From positions 152,335-216,334 of the forward strand of contig CALGZM010000066.1 of NCBI GenBank assembly GCA_937934445.1: a stretch of 64,000 nt of DNA, read 5' to 3'. The notes below the pieces were generated by a model. It ran no database searches and was not told the DNA's origin. It saw only the letters and a program-made list of their open reading frames with translations. The position numbers and the translations under genes are program-made. Of the stretch, positions 27,867 to 38,230 are shown in pieces. The stretch comes from an uncultured Cloacibacillus sp. GTDB lineage: Bacteria; Synergistota; Synergistia; Synergistales; Synergistaceae. Position 1 is the first letter of the stretch; every line of letters begins with the position of its first letter.

Positions 27867-29093
27867 ATGGCGGGAGAATTTAATTTCAGATACCAGCTCA
27901 GTACGATGGCGAAAGAAAGACTGGATCCGACCGAAATAGGGATAATGATAAAACTCGCGATACAGCACAACGCCATATCGCTGACCGCCGGAGAGCCGTC
28001 GGCAGATCTTTATCCGACTGAGGAACTCAAGAAAGCGTTCTCCACGATGTTCGACGACCTTACGCTGCTCGGCTACGCCAAGGAGGACTACGGCCTCCGC
28101 GAACTGCGCGACTGGATAACCGACAGAATGCGCGCCGACGGCATGATCCCAGACTGGGTGACAAGCGACAACATACTTCTGACAAACGGAGCGGGTGAGG
28201 CGATAGAGCTCGTCGCCGAGACGCTCATCGACCCTGGATGCACGGTGCTCGTAGAAGCGCCGACGTTCACAGAGACGCTGCTGACATTCCGCAAGCAGGG
28301 CGCGAACTGTGTCGGCGTACCATCGGACGACGACGGCATAATCCCGGAAGAATTTGAAAAGCTGCTTCGCTCGCGCAGTGTACGTTTCCTGTACACGATA
28401 CCGAACTTCCAGAACCCGAGCGGGCGCACGTCGCCGCTCGAACGCCGCAAGGCGATACTCGACATCGCGCGTCGGTACGACGTGCCGATATTCGAGGACG
28501 ACCCGTATCATTATTTGAGCTACGACGGAGAGCCACCGGCAACCTACATAAAGCTTGCGGGCGAAGACAGGCGCGTGCTGCACTCAAACAGCTTTTCAAA
28601 GCTCGTAGCGCCTGGTGTCCGCTGCGGCTGGCTTGTCGTGCCGAACGCGATAATACCTCACCTGAACGCGTTCCGCGTAAGCGCCGGGCTGACGCGCCCC
28701 GCAATTTTGCAGAAAGGGCTGCACTCATACCTTTCCGCTACAGATTTCGGAAAGCGCGTCGAATTCCTGCGCGCCGCCTACCGCGAACGCCGCGACGGCA
28801 TGATGCGCGCGATAGAAAAACACCTTGCGCCTCTCGGCGTGCGCACGAACTTCCCTAAAGGCGGCTTCTTCATCTGGTGCGAGGCCGGCTTCATCGACGA
28901 CATGGCCTCATTCGCGCGTTTTGCAGTTGAGCAGAAAAAAGTCGGAATCATCCCCGGCAGCGCCTTTTACACGATCGACGAGGCGAAGAACGACCGCCAC
29001 TCCTTCCGCCTATCGTTCGCAAAGGTCGCGCCTGAGACCGCCGACGAAGGCCTGAGAAGGCTCGCGGAGGCGTTCAGAGAGTACAAATCTTAA
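27867..29093 (+). CDS. PLP-dependent aminotransferase (class I/II, Aro8/MocR-like fold).
   Basis: NSFSKLVAPGVRCGW (PLP-lysine region); 408 aa. Followed by a terminator hairpin at 29106-29150. Confidence 0.78.
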   Translation: MAGEFNFRYQLSTMAKERLDPTEIGIMIKLAIQHNAISLTAGEPSADLYPTEELKKAFSTMFDDLTLLGYAKEDYGLRELRDWITDRMRADGMIPDWVTSDNILLTNGAGEAIELVAETLIDPGCTVLVEAPTFTETLLTFRKQGANCVGVPSDDDGIIPEEFEKLLRSRSVRFLYTIPNFQNPSGRTSPLERRKAILDIARRYDVPIFEDDPYHYLSYDGEPPATYIKLAGEDRRVLHSNSFSKLVAPGVRCGWLVVPNAIIPHLNAFRVSAGLTRPAILQKGLHSYLSATDFGKRVEFLRAAYRERRDGMMRAIEKHLAPLGVRTNFPKGGFFIWCEAGFIDDMASFARFAVEQKKVGIIPGSAFYTIDEAKNDRHSFRLSFAKVAPETADEGLRRLAEAFREYKS

Positions 29094-29218
29094 TTCGCAA
29101 TATAATGGCTTATGAAAACTAATGTGTTTCATAAGCCATTTGTTTTTTGTATGTCAAGGATAAAAGTGTATAATACCACAAAGTATGTAATATTAATCTC
29201 CAACAGGAGCAGTCAGCA

Positions 29219-29935
29219 ATGGCGATAAAAACTTCCGCACAGGATGCGGCTATAGAACAAATATTGATTGCAATTCAGCATAAAGAGATTTTCCCTTGCG
29301 CCAAGCTTTTTGAAACGGATCTTGAAAAGTCGTTATGTATGAGCAGAACCCCCATACGTGCGGCTCTTGATCAATTAGTCTTGGATGGAATACTCGAGAA
29401 GAGACAAAATCAGAGAGGGTATATATTTCCCAAGCTGTCACTCTCTGATCTGTTTCATGTATATACACTTCGTGAACGGCTTGAAACTGCATCAGTCGCT
29501 TTAGCATGCCTGCAATGGGATTCCCAAGCCCAAAAGAAAATTGATTGTGCTATAAACTCTGAAATTGAAATAAGCGAGACACAAATCTCAGATAAATATA
29601 AAGATTTAAGTAACGGCTTTCATATAACGCTTGCATCAATTTCGGGGAACGCATACCTAGTGAACTCGCTAAAACGAGCATATCTGCGTATATGTATGTA
29701 CGAACTATTTTACGGTGCAGGCAAATATAGATTAAACAGAGACATAAATCAACATAAAGATTTTAATGATCTGATGATAGACCAGCATAGAGATATCATT
29801 TTCAGTGTCGCTAAAAAAGATCCCGCGGCAGCAACGAAAAAAGTCGTCGCCCATCTTAGGAACACTATAATCGCAACTGACTATGTAACATCGTATCCAG
29901 AATGGAAAGAGTACGAAACACTCTTTCCCCTATGA
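29219..29935 (+). CDS. GntR-family transcriptional regulator (FadR/FCD C-terminal domain). First gene of the low-GC island.
   Basis: N-terminal wHTH (LCMSRTPIRAALDQLVLDGIL) plus an alpha-helical C-terminal domain; about 40% GC. Confidence 0.72.
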   Translation: MAIKTSAQDAAIEQILIAIQHKEIFPCAKLFETDLEKSLCMSRTPIRAALDQLVLDGILEKRQNQRGYIFPKLSLSDLFHVYTLRERLETASVALACLQWDSQAQKKIDCAINSEIEISETQISDKYKDLSNGFHITLASISGNAYLVNSLKRAYLRICMYELFYGAGKYRLNRDINQHKDFNDLMIDQHRDIIFSVAKKDPAAATKKVVAHLRNTIIATDYVTSYPEWKEYETLFPL

Positions 29936-30202
29936 AATTCCTTAATTGTTAATATCGCGGAGCACGGAAGGCGAGAGAATAAAATTCTCCCTTCCGTGTT
30001 TTTTATACTGGCACAAACAATCTTGTAAATTATCAATTTTTATTTATAAAATATTTATAAACATTTCAAGCCAACATCTTATTATTAAATTCTTGACAAA
30101 GCATAAAAAGGCCATATAATGAGTTCATATAACGTATACGTTAAATGAACTCATTAATATCATGCGTTGTTTGCATTCTTTGCGATAGGAGTGAAAATAA
30201 TC

Positions 30203-31300
30203 ATGGAAGTTGCCGTTTTCGGCGCAGGCAACGGTGCCAGCGCATTAGCGTGTGATTTAAGTTTACGCGGCCATAGCGTCAGATTGTGGGAGAATCCATC
30301 CTTCAGCGCTAATATAGAATATCTGCGCGCCAACGGACGTATAGTAACAGCGACTGGGGCGGTCTCGGGAAAAGCCCAGTTGTCGTGCGTAACGACAAGC
30401 GCGAAAGAAGCGATGGACGGTGCTGAGACGATTTTCGTCATCATGCCTTCGTTTGGGCAGGAAGCGGCTTTTAACTATATGATCCCCCATGTAAAAGCAG
30501 GACAGGCTATCTTCATAATGCCGGGTAATTTCGGCTCCATATCGTTGTACTCCAAGCTGAAGGCAAACTACAACGCCGACGGCGTATTGATAGGCGAGGC
30601 GGACACTATTCCATACGCCGCACGTTTGAACGCGGATAAAATCTGCAACGTCTTTGGAGTAAAAGGAAGTATGGCTATGTCCGCGATCCCATCCGACGGT
30701 ATCGATACGCTGCGTGAGAAACTGCAACAATTGCTTCCATTACGTTTATCAACGCTGCCAAGCGTAATGGCGGTGGGGCTGGCAAATACCAATATGATAA
30801 TACATTGTCCAACGATGATAATGAATGCCGGACGCATCGAAAGCGGGGAACGCTTTAGCTTTTACACCGACGGCATGACATCATCAGTTTGTAAAGTCAT
30901 GGAAAAGATGGATGAAGAACGTTTAGCCGTCGCCGCAGCGTTTGGTTATAAGCTTGTAACGGAGTTCGAGGATGCGCTTTCAAATTATGACCTCGATGGT
31001 TCGCGATACTCATGCTTGCACGATATTTTCAGCACTCACCCCGTGTACAGCAAGATGGGGAAAGATTCTCCGCAGAGCCTGACGCACAGATATCTAACTG
31101 AGGATGTACCGTATTTGCTGGTTCCGCTTGCTGAATTAGGCGACATCGCAGGGATTCCTACGCCTACAATCGATTCCATCATAGAGTTGGCCGGTATTCT
31201 CAACGGCACAGACTTCATGTGCTCCGGGCGTGGAATCAGATCTATAGGGATTAAAGCCCCGTCTGTTACCAGCATAATAAAAATGCTAAAAGGGGAGTAA
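30203..31300 (+). CDS. NAD(P)-dependent opine-dehydrogenase-family oxidoreductase (octopine/nopaline DH fold).
   Basis: N-terminal Rossmann motif AVFGAGNGASALA. The length and domain order match the Octopine_DH family. The start is the internal ATG at 30203 (MEVAVFG...). Confidence 0.6.
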   Translation: MEVAVFGAGNGASALACDLSLRGHSVRLWENPSFSANIEYLRANGRIVTATGAVSGKAQLSCVTTSAKEAMDGAETIFVIMPSFGQEAAFNYMIPHVKAGQAIFIMPGNFGSISLYSKLKANYNADGVLIGEADTIPYAARLNADKICNVFGVKGSMAMSAIPSDGIDTLREKLQQLLPLRLSTLPSVMAVGLANTNMIIHCPTMIMNAGRIESGERFSFYTDGMTSSVCKVMEKMDEERLAVAAAFGYKLVTEFEDALSNYDLDGSRYSCLHDIFSTHPVYSKMGKDSPQSLTHRYLTEDVPYLLVPLAELGDIAGIPTPTIDSIIELAGILNGTDFMCSGRGIRSIGIKAPSVTSIIKMLKGE

Positions 31301-31326
31301 TGGCAATTCAAAGGAGGCAGTAAAAG

Positions 31327-32718
31327 ATGTCACGGCTTAAAATTCAAAAAGTACCGCATACTTATGTTCTAATAGCAATACTTATAGTGCTTGCCGCAAT
31401 CGGTACATATCTCATCCCCGCCGGTGAATTTAACCGTGTTACAGACGAACAAACCGGTCGTACACTCGTTATACCTGGTACGTTCCATAAAGTTGAGCAA
31501 ACTCCGGTGAGCTTTTTCGATACTTTTCTGGCTCTGCCGCAAGGCTTGGACGCTGCACGCGATATAGTATTTTTCGTATTGCTGATAGGCTCCGTCTTCC
31601 ATATCATTAATGCAACTGGAACGATTAACAGGATAATCAATCGAGCCATAACCAAGCTTAACGGCAGAGAACACCTGCTTATTCCGGCAACCATGCTCGT
31701 AATTTCAATATGCAGCGCAACTTTTGGCGCGGCTGAGGAGACATTGATTTTTATTCCAATAGCCGTAGCTATTGCAAAGGGTGTCGGGTACGATGCGGTG
31801 GTTGGCGCGGCGATGGTATACCTTGGGGCGTATACGGGATATACGGCTGGCCCCATGAATCCATTTAATACAGGTGTTGCTCAGGGCATCGCAGAGCTAC
31901 CGCTTTTCTCAGGAATTGAATTCCGTTTTGCATGTATGCTTTTATTCTACATTCTAGTATGGTGGTGGATCATGCGTTATGCAAAAAAAGTGAAACACGA
32001 CCCCACCCAAAGTGTTGTGTACGGTTTGGATGTGGACAATCTAGATATTACATTCGACGATTCACCATTAACATCACGTGATAAGGCGATATTAGTAGTA
32101 ATTGTTGTTGGATTTGCATATCTAGTATACGGCGTACTTGCAAAAGGATATTACCTTTACGAAATAATAACGATATTCCTTATTATTGGGCTGATATGCG
32201 GGATCATAGGAAAACTAAGCGCGGAAGAAATTGCGGACAACTTTGTCCTAGGCGCAAAAGAGATGTGCTTCACCGCCGTATGCATCGGATTGGCGAGGGC
32301 TATCGTAGTGGTGCTTGACGAAGGGCACATAATGGACTCTGTCATCAATGCCCTTGCGTTTGTGGTCGGATGGCTGCCTGCAAGCATATCAGCAGTCGGT
32401 ATGCTTATAGTACAAACCATATTGAATTTTATATTCGCCTCCGGCTCCGGTCAGGCTGCGACGACAATGCCGATTCTCGCTCCTCTCGGAGATATACTGG
32501 GAGTTACAAGACAAGTTACAGTTTTAGCCTTCCAGTTTGGAGACGGTATCACAAATTCTATATCACCGATCCAGCCGTCGCTTATAGCAGCAATCGGCCT
32601 TGCAGGCGTGCCTTATGAGAAGTGGTTCAAGTTTGTATGGCCGCTGATGTTGATGTGGACGTTACTAGCCGCAGGATTACTGATTGTCGCCACAGTAATT
32701 AAGCTAGGGCCGTTTTAG
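31327..32718 (+). CDS. YfcC/DcuC-superfamily membrane transporter (putative amino-acid or organic-anion carrier).
   Basis: 463 aa with more than 10 TM helices. N-terminal MSRLKIQKVPHTYVLIAILIVLAAIGTYLIPAGEF is typical of the YfcC family. Confidence 0.6.
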   Translation: MSRLKIQKVPHTYVLIAILIVLAAIGTYLIPAGEFNRVTDEQTGRTLVIPGTFHKVEQTPVSFFDTFLALPQGLDAARDIVFFVLLIGSVFHIINATGTINRIINRAITKLNGREHLLIPATMLVISICSATFGAAEETLIFIPIAVAIAKGVGYDAVVGAAMVYLGAYTGYTAGPMNPFNTGVAQGIAELPLFSGIEFRFACMLLFYILVWWWIMRYAKKVKHDPTQSVVYGLDVDNLDITFDDSPLTSRDKAILVVIVVGFAYLVYGVLAKGYYLYEIITIFLIIGLICGIIGKLSAEEIADNFVLGAKEMCFTAVCIGLARAIVVVLDEGHIMDSVINALAFVVGWLPASISAVGMLIVQTILNFIFASGSGQAATTMPILAPLGDILGVTRQVTVLAFQFGDGITNSISPIQPSLIAAIGLAGVPYEKWFKFVWPLMLMWTLLAAGLLIVATVIKLGPF

Positions 32719-32799
32719 GATTCATACGGCGCAATAATCTCGCTCTTGCAGCGATGTTGTTGAAATAAAGAAATTATATTTGAACGGAGGAAATTTCAA

Positions 32800-33819
32800 A
32801 TGACTTGCAAACTTATCGACGCTGACATCGTTAACGAACTGCTGACTATGAAAGATACAGTAGATGCCTGCGAAATTGCTTTTCGCGACTGGGGAAACGG
32901 AGAAGTCGTCTGCCCAACGAAGGTGACGCTTGAGCTTGGCGAGGACGCAGAGTGGCCGCCTTATAAAAACGGCCTGAACGGTATGCCGGCATACATCCAC
33001 AGTATGAAGAGCGCCGGAATCAAATGCGTTACCGGTTCGCTGAACAATCCTTCATGGGGACTTCCGTACATCATCGCGCTGATATCTCTTTTCGATCCAG
33101 AAACTGGCGTTTTTCGCTGCGTTATGGACGGAGAACAGATCACTAACTACCGTACCGGCGCCCAGGCTGCCGTTGCCGCAAAATACATGGTCAACAAAAA
33201 GAAAATCAAGCTCGGAATCAGCGGAGCGGGCGCGCAGGGGCGCACGCAACTCCTCGCTTTTGCTGAAGTGTTTGAAATAGAAGAGGCAAAGGTATACGAT
33301 ATAAGCTCACAAGCCCTTGAAAAGTATGTTGAGGAGATGGCGCCGCTGACAAAGATAAACATCACGCCCGTCACTTCACCAGAGGCTATATTCGACGACA
33401 CCGACGTAATAGTTTCTGTTACTCACGCGAAAAACAAATTCATCAAGAACGAATGGTTCAAGCCTGGCCAGATAATATTCCCAATGGGGTCGTTCACAGA
33501 ATGCGAGGATGCGCTGCTTTTGTCCGCGGATAGAGTATTCGTCGACTCAATCGGGCAGACTATGCACAGGGGCGCGCTCAAGAGCGTTGTAGATACCAAA
33601 CAGTTCACCGAAGATATGTTGACCGGCACGATAGGCGAACTGGTAGCCGGCAAGAAGGACGGTCACATCAAGGATGGAGAGAGAATAGTCTGCATCCCGA
33701 TAGGGACCGGTGCTATGGACGTAGCCGTAGCGACAAAGGTATACGAAAAAGCGCTCGAGCTCGGCCTTGGAGAATCCTACGTATTCAATAAAAAGACGGA
33801 AGTCGAGCCCAAGAAATAA
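32800..33819 (+). CDS. Ornithine cyclodeaminase / mu-crystallin family enzyme (cyclodeaminase or ketimine/imine reductase).
   Basis: Rossmann motif GISGAGAQG in the middle of a roughly 339-aa protein; OCD/mu-crystallin family topology. Confidence 0.72.
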   Translation: MTCKLIDADIVNELLTMKDTVDACEIAFRDWGNGEVVCPTKVTLELGEDAEWPPYKNGLNGMPAYIHSMKSAGIKCVTGSLNNPSWGLPYIIALISLFDPETGVFRCVMDGEQITNYRTGAQAAVAAKYMVNKKKIKLGISGAGAQGRTQLLAFAEVFEIEEAKVYDISSQALEKYVEEMAPLTKINITPVTSPEAIFDDTDVIVSVTHAKNKFIKNEWFKPGQIIFPMGSFTECEDALLLSADRVFVDSIGQTMHRGALKSVVDTKQFTEDMLTGTIGELVAGKKDGHIKDGERIVCIPIGTGAMDVAVATKVYEKALELGLGESYVFNKKTEVEPKK

Positions 33820-33847
33820 ACTGAGCACCGCTCATTTATAGTATGCA

Positions 33848-33945
33848 CGACAAGAAGCGCGGCGTACAATCTCGCCGCGCTTCTTGTCGTACACAGAAAA
33901 CTCCCGAGCCGGATGTCGTCGGCATACGGCTCGGGGAAGGTTATG
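33848..33945. terminator. Two consecutive strong hairpins acting as bidirectional terminators at the right edge of the low-GC island.
   Basis: GACAAGAAGCGCGGCG-tacaatctc-GCCGCGCTTCTTGTC (15-bp stem), then CCCGAGCCG-N15-CGGCTCGGG. Confidence 0.65.
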
Positions 33946-34094
33946 ATTCTAGCGTGCCGGGCTGCATCTGCAACGCGGCCTGGTCGGAACGTCATGATAC
34001 TTATACCGGTTCTGTGGTCTGGAACGGCTGCACATAATCTGGACCGGCCGCCCTTGCTGGGCGCTTTCCTGCGCCGTTTTGCGCATGCCTCCTT

Positions 34095-35642
34095 TTACTT
34101 TTTCAGCTGCCTTATCACGTCTATCACTGTGCCGTCGCGCCATTCGACTACGCCGACTATTCTGTCGGTGGTGGCTACGGGGTCGGTGGGGCCGGACATT
34201 TTTCTGGCGCGCGCGGCGAGCTCGTCCATCGTGACGACGGGGAGGCCCTTGACTTCGCTGACGGCGTCGAGCAGGTCTTTGCGGCGCGGGTTTATCGTTA
34301 TGCCGTATTCGGTGACTATCGCGTCGATTACCTCGCCGGGGGTCGTGACGCTGTAAACCTTGTCGGTGACGCAGGGGATGCGCCCGCGGAGCAGAGGCTG
34401 CGCTATTATCGTGAGCTTCGCGCCCGCCGCCGTGTCCTGATGTCCGCCTGTGCCGTGGAGTAGAGCGCCGTCCGCTTCTGTGTTGACGTTTGCGTTGAAG
34501 TCGGTGTCGACCTCCGTCGCGCCGAGTATTACGACGTCGAGCATGTTTACGGCCGCGCCGCAGTTCCACGGGTTCGCGTACCAGTCAGCTGAGATTTCTA
34601 TGTGGTTCGGGTTTTCTGCTATCGAGCGCACTGCGTCGAGGTCGAAGGACTGCACGTCCATAAGTTTGCCGACGAGCCCTTCTTTGAGCAGCTCGACGAA
34701 GTAGCCCGTTATGCCTCCGAGGCCGAAGCCGCCCTTTATGCCTTTGCGCAGCATCGCCTGTTTCATGAAGGCGGTGACGGCGAGCGGTATGCCGCCAGCG
34801 CCAGTCTGGAACGATATGCCGTCTTTGAAGTATGGGCTTGCCTCGATCAGCTGCGCCGCGTATTTAGATATAAGGAGGCGCAGCGGGTCGCGCGTGACCT
34901 TCGTCGTTCCGGAGACGATACCCGCCGGGTCGCCTATCGACGGAACTTCAACGACTATGTCGGCTTTGGTCTGCGGTATCGAGACTGGGGCGGCGGGGTA
35001 GGCGACGAGGTTGTCAGTGACGGCTATCACGGTGTCGGCGTAGTCGGCGTCTGTGTAGGCGTAGCCGAGGGAACCGCAGGCAGATTTGCCGACCGTGCCG
35101 CAGATATTGCCGCAGCAGTCGGCCGTCGGCGCGGCTATGAAGGCCACGTCGATGTGGACGTCGCCTGCCATGACGGCGCGCGGCCGTCCGCCGTGGCTGC
35201 GCAGGACGACTGGCACGCCCATGCCGCCCTCGGAGACGAGCTGGCCGATCGGGCCGTTGACGGAGCCCATTATTTTTGTGACGACTCCGCTCTTTATGTG
35301 GTCGATGACCTTTTTGTGTACGCCGAAGAGCGCCGTAGGAAAGAGCGTGAGATCTTTGATTCCTAGCTCGGCGCAGGCGTCGAGCACCATGTTGACGACA
35401 TAGTCGCCGTTTCTGAGATGGTGGTGGAACGATATCGTCATTCCGCTCTTTAGGCCGCTTGCCTTAATTGCGTCTTTGAGCGAAGGTGCTACCTTGTTCA
35501 CTCGGTCGTTGTTGAAGCAGCGTAGCTTCGCGCCGGCTATACGCCCTTCGGGCTTTTTAGCGAAGGCTCCTTCGAAGTGGCGGACCTTGCCGTAGCCTTC
35601 TATGTAGTCGGGTATCTCGCGTTTTACTGCGTTGACGGTCAT
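34095..35642 (-). CDS. citF: Citrate lyase alpha subunit / citrate CoA-transferase (CitF-like; could be a citramalate-lyase alpha subunit).
   Basis: 515 aa CitF-family protein; last gene of a citD-citE-citF operon. Confidence 0.8.
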   Translation of the reverse strand: MTVNAVKREIPDYIEGYGKVRHFEGAFAKKPEGRIAGAKLRCFNNDRVNKVAPSLKDAIKASGLKSGMTISFHHHLRNGDYVVNMVLDACAELGIKDLTLFPTALFGVHKKVIDHIKSGVVTKIMGSVNGPIGQLVSEGGMGVPVVLRSHGGRPRAVMAGDVHIDVAFIAAPTADCCGNICGTVGKSACGSLGYAYTDADYADTVIAVTDNLVAYPAAPVSIPQTKADIVVEVPSIGDPAGIVSGTTKVTRDPLRLLISKYAAQLIEASPYFKDGISFQTGAGGIPLAVTAFMKQAMLRKGIKGGFGLGGITGYFVELLKEGLVGKLMDVQSFDLDAVRSIAENPNHIEISADWYANPWNCGAAVNMLDVVILGATEVDTDFNANVNTEADGALLHGTGGHQDTAAGAKLTIIAQPLLRGRIPCVTDKVYSVTTPGEVIDAIVTEYGITINPRRKDLLDAVSEVKGLPVVTMDELAARARKMSGPTDPVATTDRIVGVVEWRDGTVIDVIRQLKK

Positions 35643-35655
35643 TGCTGCAAACCTC

Positions 35656-36516
35656 CTATGCGAGTCCCGCGCGTATGAGCGTGTATTCCGCTCTCTTGAC
35701 TACGGGGACGTCGACCATTTTGCCGTCGACGGAGACGGCACCCTGTCCGCGCGCAGCGGCTTCCTTCGCTGCGGCGATTATCTTCTGGGCCTTGGCTATC
35801 TCGGCTTTGGTTGGGTTGAAGACGTCGTGTACTATAGCTATCTGGTTTGGATGGATTACGGATTTGCCAGCGAATCCGAGCTGTTTTATGAATTCCGCCT
35901 CGCGGCGCAGCCCGTCGTCGTCGGTGACGCGCGCGTAAACTGTGTCGAGCGGGTCGACCCCAGCGGCGCGCGCGGCGAATACGAGCATGCGGCGTGCCCA
36001 TTCCAGCTCTGTGCCGCTGTCTGAACGTTCGGTGCGCAGGTCGGCGCGGAGGTCTTCGCCGCCGGGGATTATCGCGGCGACTCTCGGAGAGGCGGCCGCA
36101 ATGTCGTATGCGTTCCATATCCCTTTCGCGGTCTCAAGCAGGCAGAAAAGCTTGAGCTTGCCCTGCGGGATTCCGTTTTTGTCTTCAAGTATCGAGAGTT
36201 CCTCGTCGAGTATTTTCACGGTCTCGGGGCCGTCAACCTTAGGCGCGCGGATTCCGTCGAGGCGCTTCATCGGGACTACCGCGGCAAGGTCGTCGCGCCA
36301 ATATTCCGTGTCTACGCCGTTGATTCTGACGGTCACCTCGCAGTTCCCGAATTCGCCCTGTTCCAGGTATCTAGAGACCAGGATGCGAGCGGTGTCCTTC
36401 TCGGACATCGCGACGGCGTCTTCAAGGTCGAGTATCACGCCGTCGGAGCCGAAGAGCCAGCCGCGCGTCAGCATGTTAGGATTGTTGCCAGGCAGGTAGA
36501 GCATAGTGCGGCGCAT
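35656..36516 (-). CDS. citE: Citrate lyase beta subunit / citryl-CoA lyase (CitE-like, HpcH/HpaI aldolase fold).
   Basis: 286 aa with GxDLEDAV and EDLRADL motifs. Confidence 0.82.
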   Translation of the reverse strand: MRRTMLYLPGNNPNMLTRGWLFGSDGVILDLEDAVAMSEKDTARILVSRYLEQGEFGNCEVTVRINGVDTEYWRDDLAAVVPMKRLDGIRAPKVDGPETVKILDEELSILEDKNGIPQGKLKLFCLLETAKGIWNAYDIAAASPRVAAIIPGGEDLRADLRTERSDSGTELEWARRMLVFAARAAGVDPLDTVYARVTDDDGLRREAEFIKQLGFAGKSVIHPNQIAIVHDVFNPTKAEIAKAQKIIAAAKEAAARGQGAVSVDGKMVDVPVVKRAEYTLIRAGLA

Positions 36517-36780
36517 TTATTTCGCCTCCTTCAGCCTTTTGTAAGCGGCTTCGACGCGAGCGCCGAGGACTATGTCAAGCGCGCCGTTGTCCTGCACGGT
36601 GACGTTGAGGCCCGTCGCTCCGAGTGAGGCCAGCGTCTCGTTTATTTTCTTTTCCATCGCGCTTTTGAAGCGCACTGCGCTCGCCCCGCTTATTTCTATA
36701 TTCACTCCGGCGCCCGGCGCCTCTTCAAGCGTCACGAGGCAGTCCATCGATTCAAGGGTTCCCGCCTGCGATGTCTTCAT
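36517..36780 (-). CDS. citD: Citrate lyase acyl-carrier protein (gamma subunit, CitD-like).
   Basis: 87 aa. Begins MKTSQAGTLESMDCLVTLEEAPGAGVNIEI with the conserved Ser for the prosthetic group. Its stop abuts the citE start. Confidence 0.75.
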   Translation of the reverse strand: MKTSQAGTLESMDCLVTLEEAPGAGVNIEISGASAVRFKSAMEKKINETLASLGATGLNVTVQDNGALDIVLGARVEAAYKRLKEAK

Positions 36781-36885
36781 TTTTTTCGATTCCTCCTTAC
36801 GATGTAAAAACGGCCCGCCGATCCCGGATTGGTGGAAGGCGCGCCGCTTCGCTTATTTATCCGTTATTCTGCGCGCTTGCGCCGG

Positions 36886-38157
36886 TTAGTCGTCGAAGCC
36901 TACGAGCGACGCCTCGTCCCACGCGCACATCTCGTGGACTTTTTTCTTTGCCGCTTCGAGCTTTTCTCCGGTGAACTCAGGGTTGATCTTCTGTGCAATC
37001 GCCGCGGCCATGTCTATAGTGGAAGCGGCGTTCTTCTCCCAGTCGGGGTCTCCGCGGAAGTCGCGCAGCACGTCGTAGGTGAGCGTGCCGGGCTTGCTTT
37101 CGACGAGCACTTCGCCGAGGGCCTTTTCTATCTTCTGTGCAGCTTCGTCTAGGCCGAGGTATTCGAGCATCATCTTGCAGGTGAGGATCATCGCGCTCGG
37201 GTTGACCTTGTACTGGTGCGCGTATTTCGGTACGGAACCGCTCGACGGCTCAAAGAGCGCTGCGTTCTTTCCTATGTTGCCGGAGGGAGCGAAGCCGAGG
37301 CCGCCGGTGAGCTGCGACGCTTCGTCGGAGAGTATGTCGCCGAATACGTTCGAGGCGACGACCACGCTGTAGTCCTGCGGGTTCTTAATGAGCCACATAG
37401 CCGTCGCATCGGCGTTCTCTTCGATGCCTTTGATGCCGTACTGTTCGTATTCTTTTGCGATTTCGAGGAATATGCGCTTCATCATGCCGTCTGTCTGGCG
37501 GATGACGTTCGCTTTGTTGCAGCAGTGGACGGTCTTGCGGCCCGTCGCCTTCGCATATTCGAAGGCGGCGCGGATGATGCGCGTGCAGCCCTCTTCGGAG
37601 AATACACGCCACGAAACCGCTATCTCGCCCTTGCCCTCGCGGAAACGGTCCATGCCTTTGTGTAGGTCGAACATCTCTTTCGGAAGCGGGAAGAACTCGA
37701 CGGCGGCGTAGAGGTCTTCAGTGTTCTCACGGAACATCACGATGTCTATGTCGGGGTTCTTTGCGAGCGGCGTTCCGATACCGGGCAGCGTTTTCGCCGG
37801 GCGCAGATTTATATAGAGGTCGAAAAGCTGGCGCATCTGGAGTATCGCGGACTTGAAGCCTTTGACCCCGGCTTTCGAGGTGATTGCGGCCATGATCGTC
37901 GCGTCGGTCTCTTCTATTGCTTTTATCGTCTCCGGCGGGACGGTGTTGCAGCGCGGGTCGCCCTCGCCGAATTTTTTATTCGACTTCTCCCACATGCACC
38001 AGCCGAGGTCGGCGCGGCGCCAGTTGATCGGCAGATCGAGAGATTCGAGGACGAGCAGAGCGCCCTCCATCATATCGAAGCCGGAATCGTCGCCGGCCAT
38101 GTAGGTTACGTCGTAGCGGTCTTTCTTTGCCTTTACTCTCATAATGTTCTCTGACAT
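36886..38157 (-). CDS. Isocitrate / isopropylmalate dehydrogenase-family beta-decarboxylating dehydrogenase (423 aa, closer to IDH length).
   Basis: GDILSDEASQLTGGLGFAPSGNIG signature of the IDH/IMDH family. Confidence 0.75.
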   Translation of the reverse strand: MSENIMRVKAKKDRYDVTYMAGDDSGFDMMEGALLVLESLDLPINWRRADLGWCMWEKSNKKFGEGDPRCNTVPPETIKAIEETDATIMAAITSKAGVKGFKSAILQMRQLFDLYINLRPAKTLPGIGTPLAKNPDIDIVMFRENTEDLYAAVEFFPLPKEMFDLHKGMDRFREGKGEIAVSWRVFSEEGCTRIIRAAFEYAKATGRKTVHCCNKANVIRQTDGMMKRIFLEIAKEYEQYGIKGIEENADATAMWLIKNPQDYSVVVASNVFGDILSDEASQLTGGLGFAPSGNIGKNAALFEPSSGSVPKYAHQYKVNPSAMILTCKMMLEYLGLDEAAQKIEKALGEVLVESKPGTLTYDVLRDFRGDPDWEKNAASTIDMAAAIAQKINPEFTGEKLEAAKKKVHEMCAWDEASLVGFDD

Positions 38158-38230
38158 CTCTGTTCCTCCTGCATTTTTATGTTTTTCTAAAGCGCGCCGT
38201 CTGTACCGGCGGCGCGCGCCGCTGCCTTTT

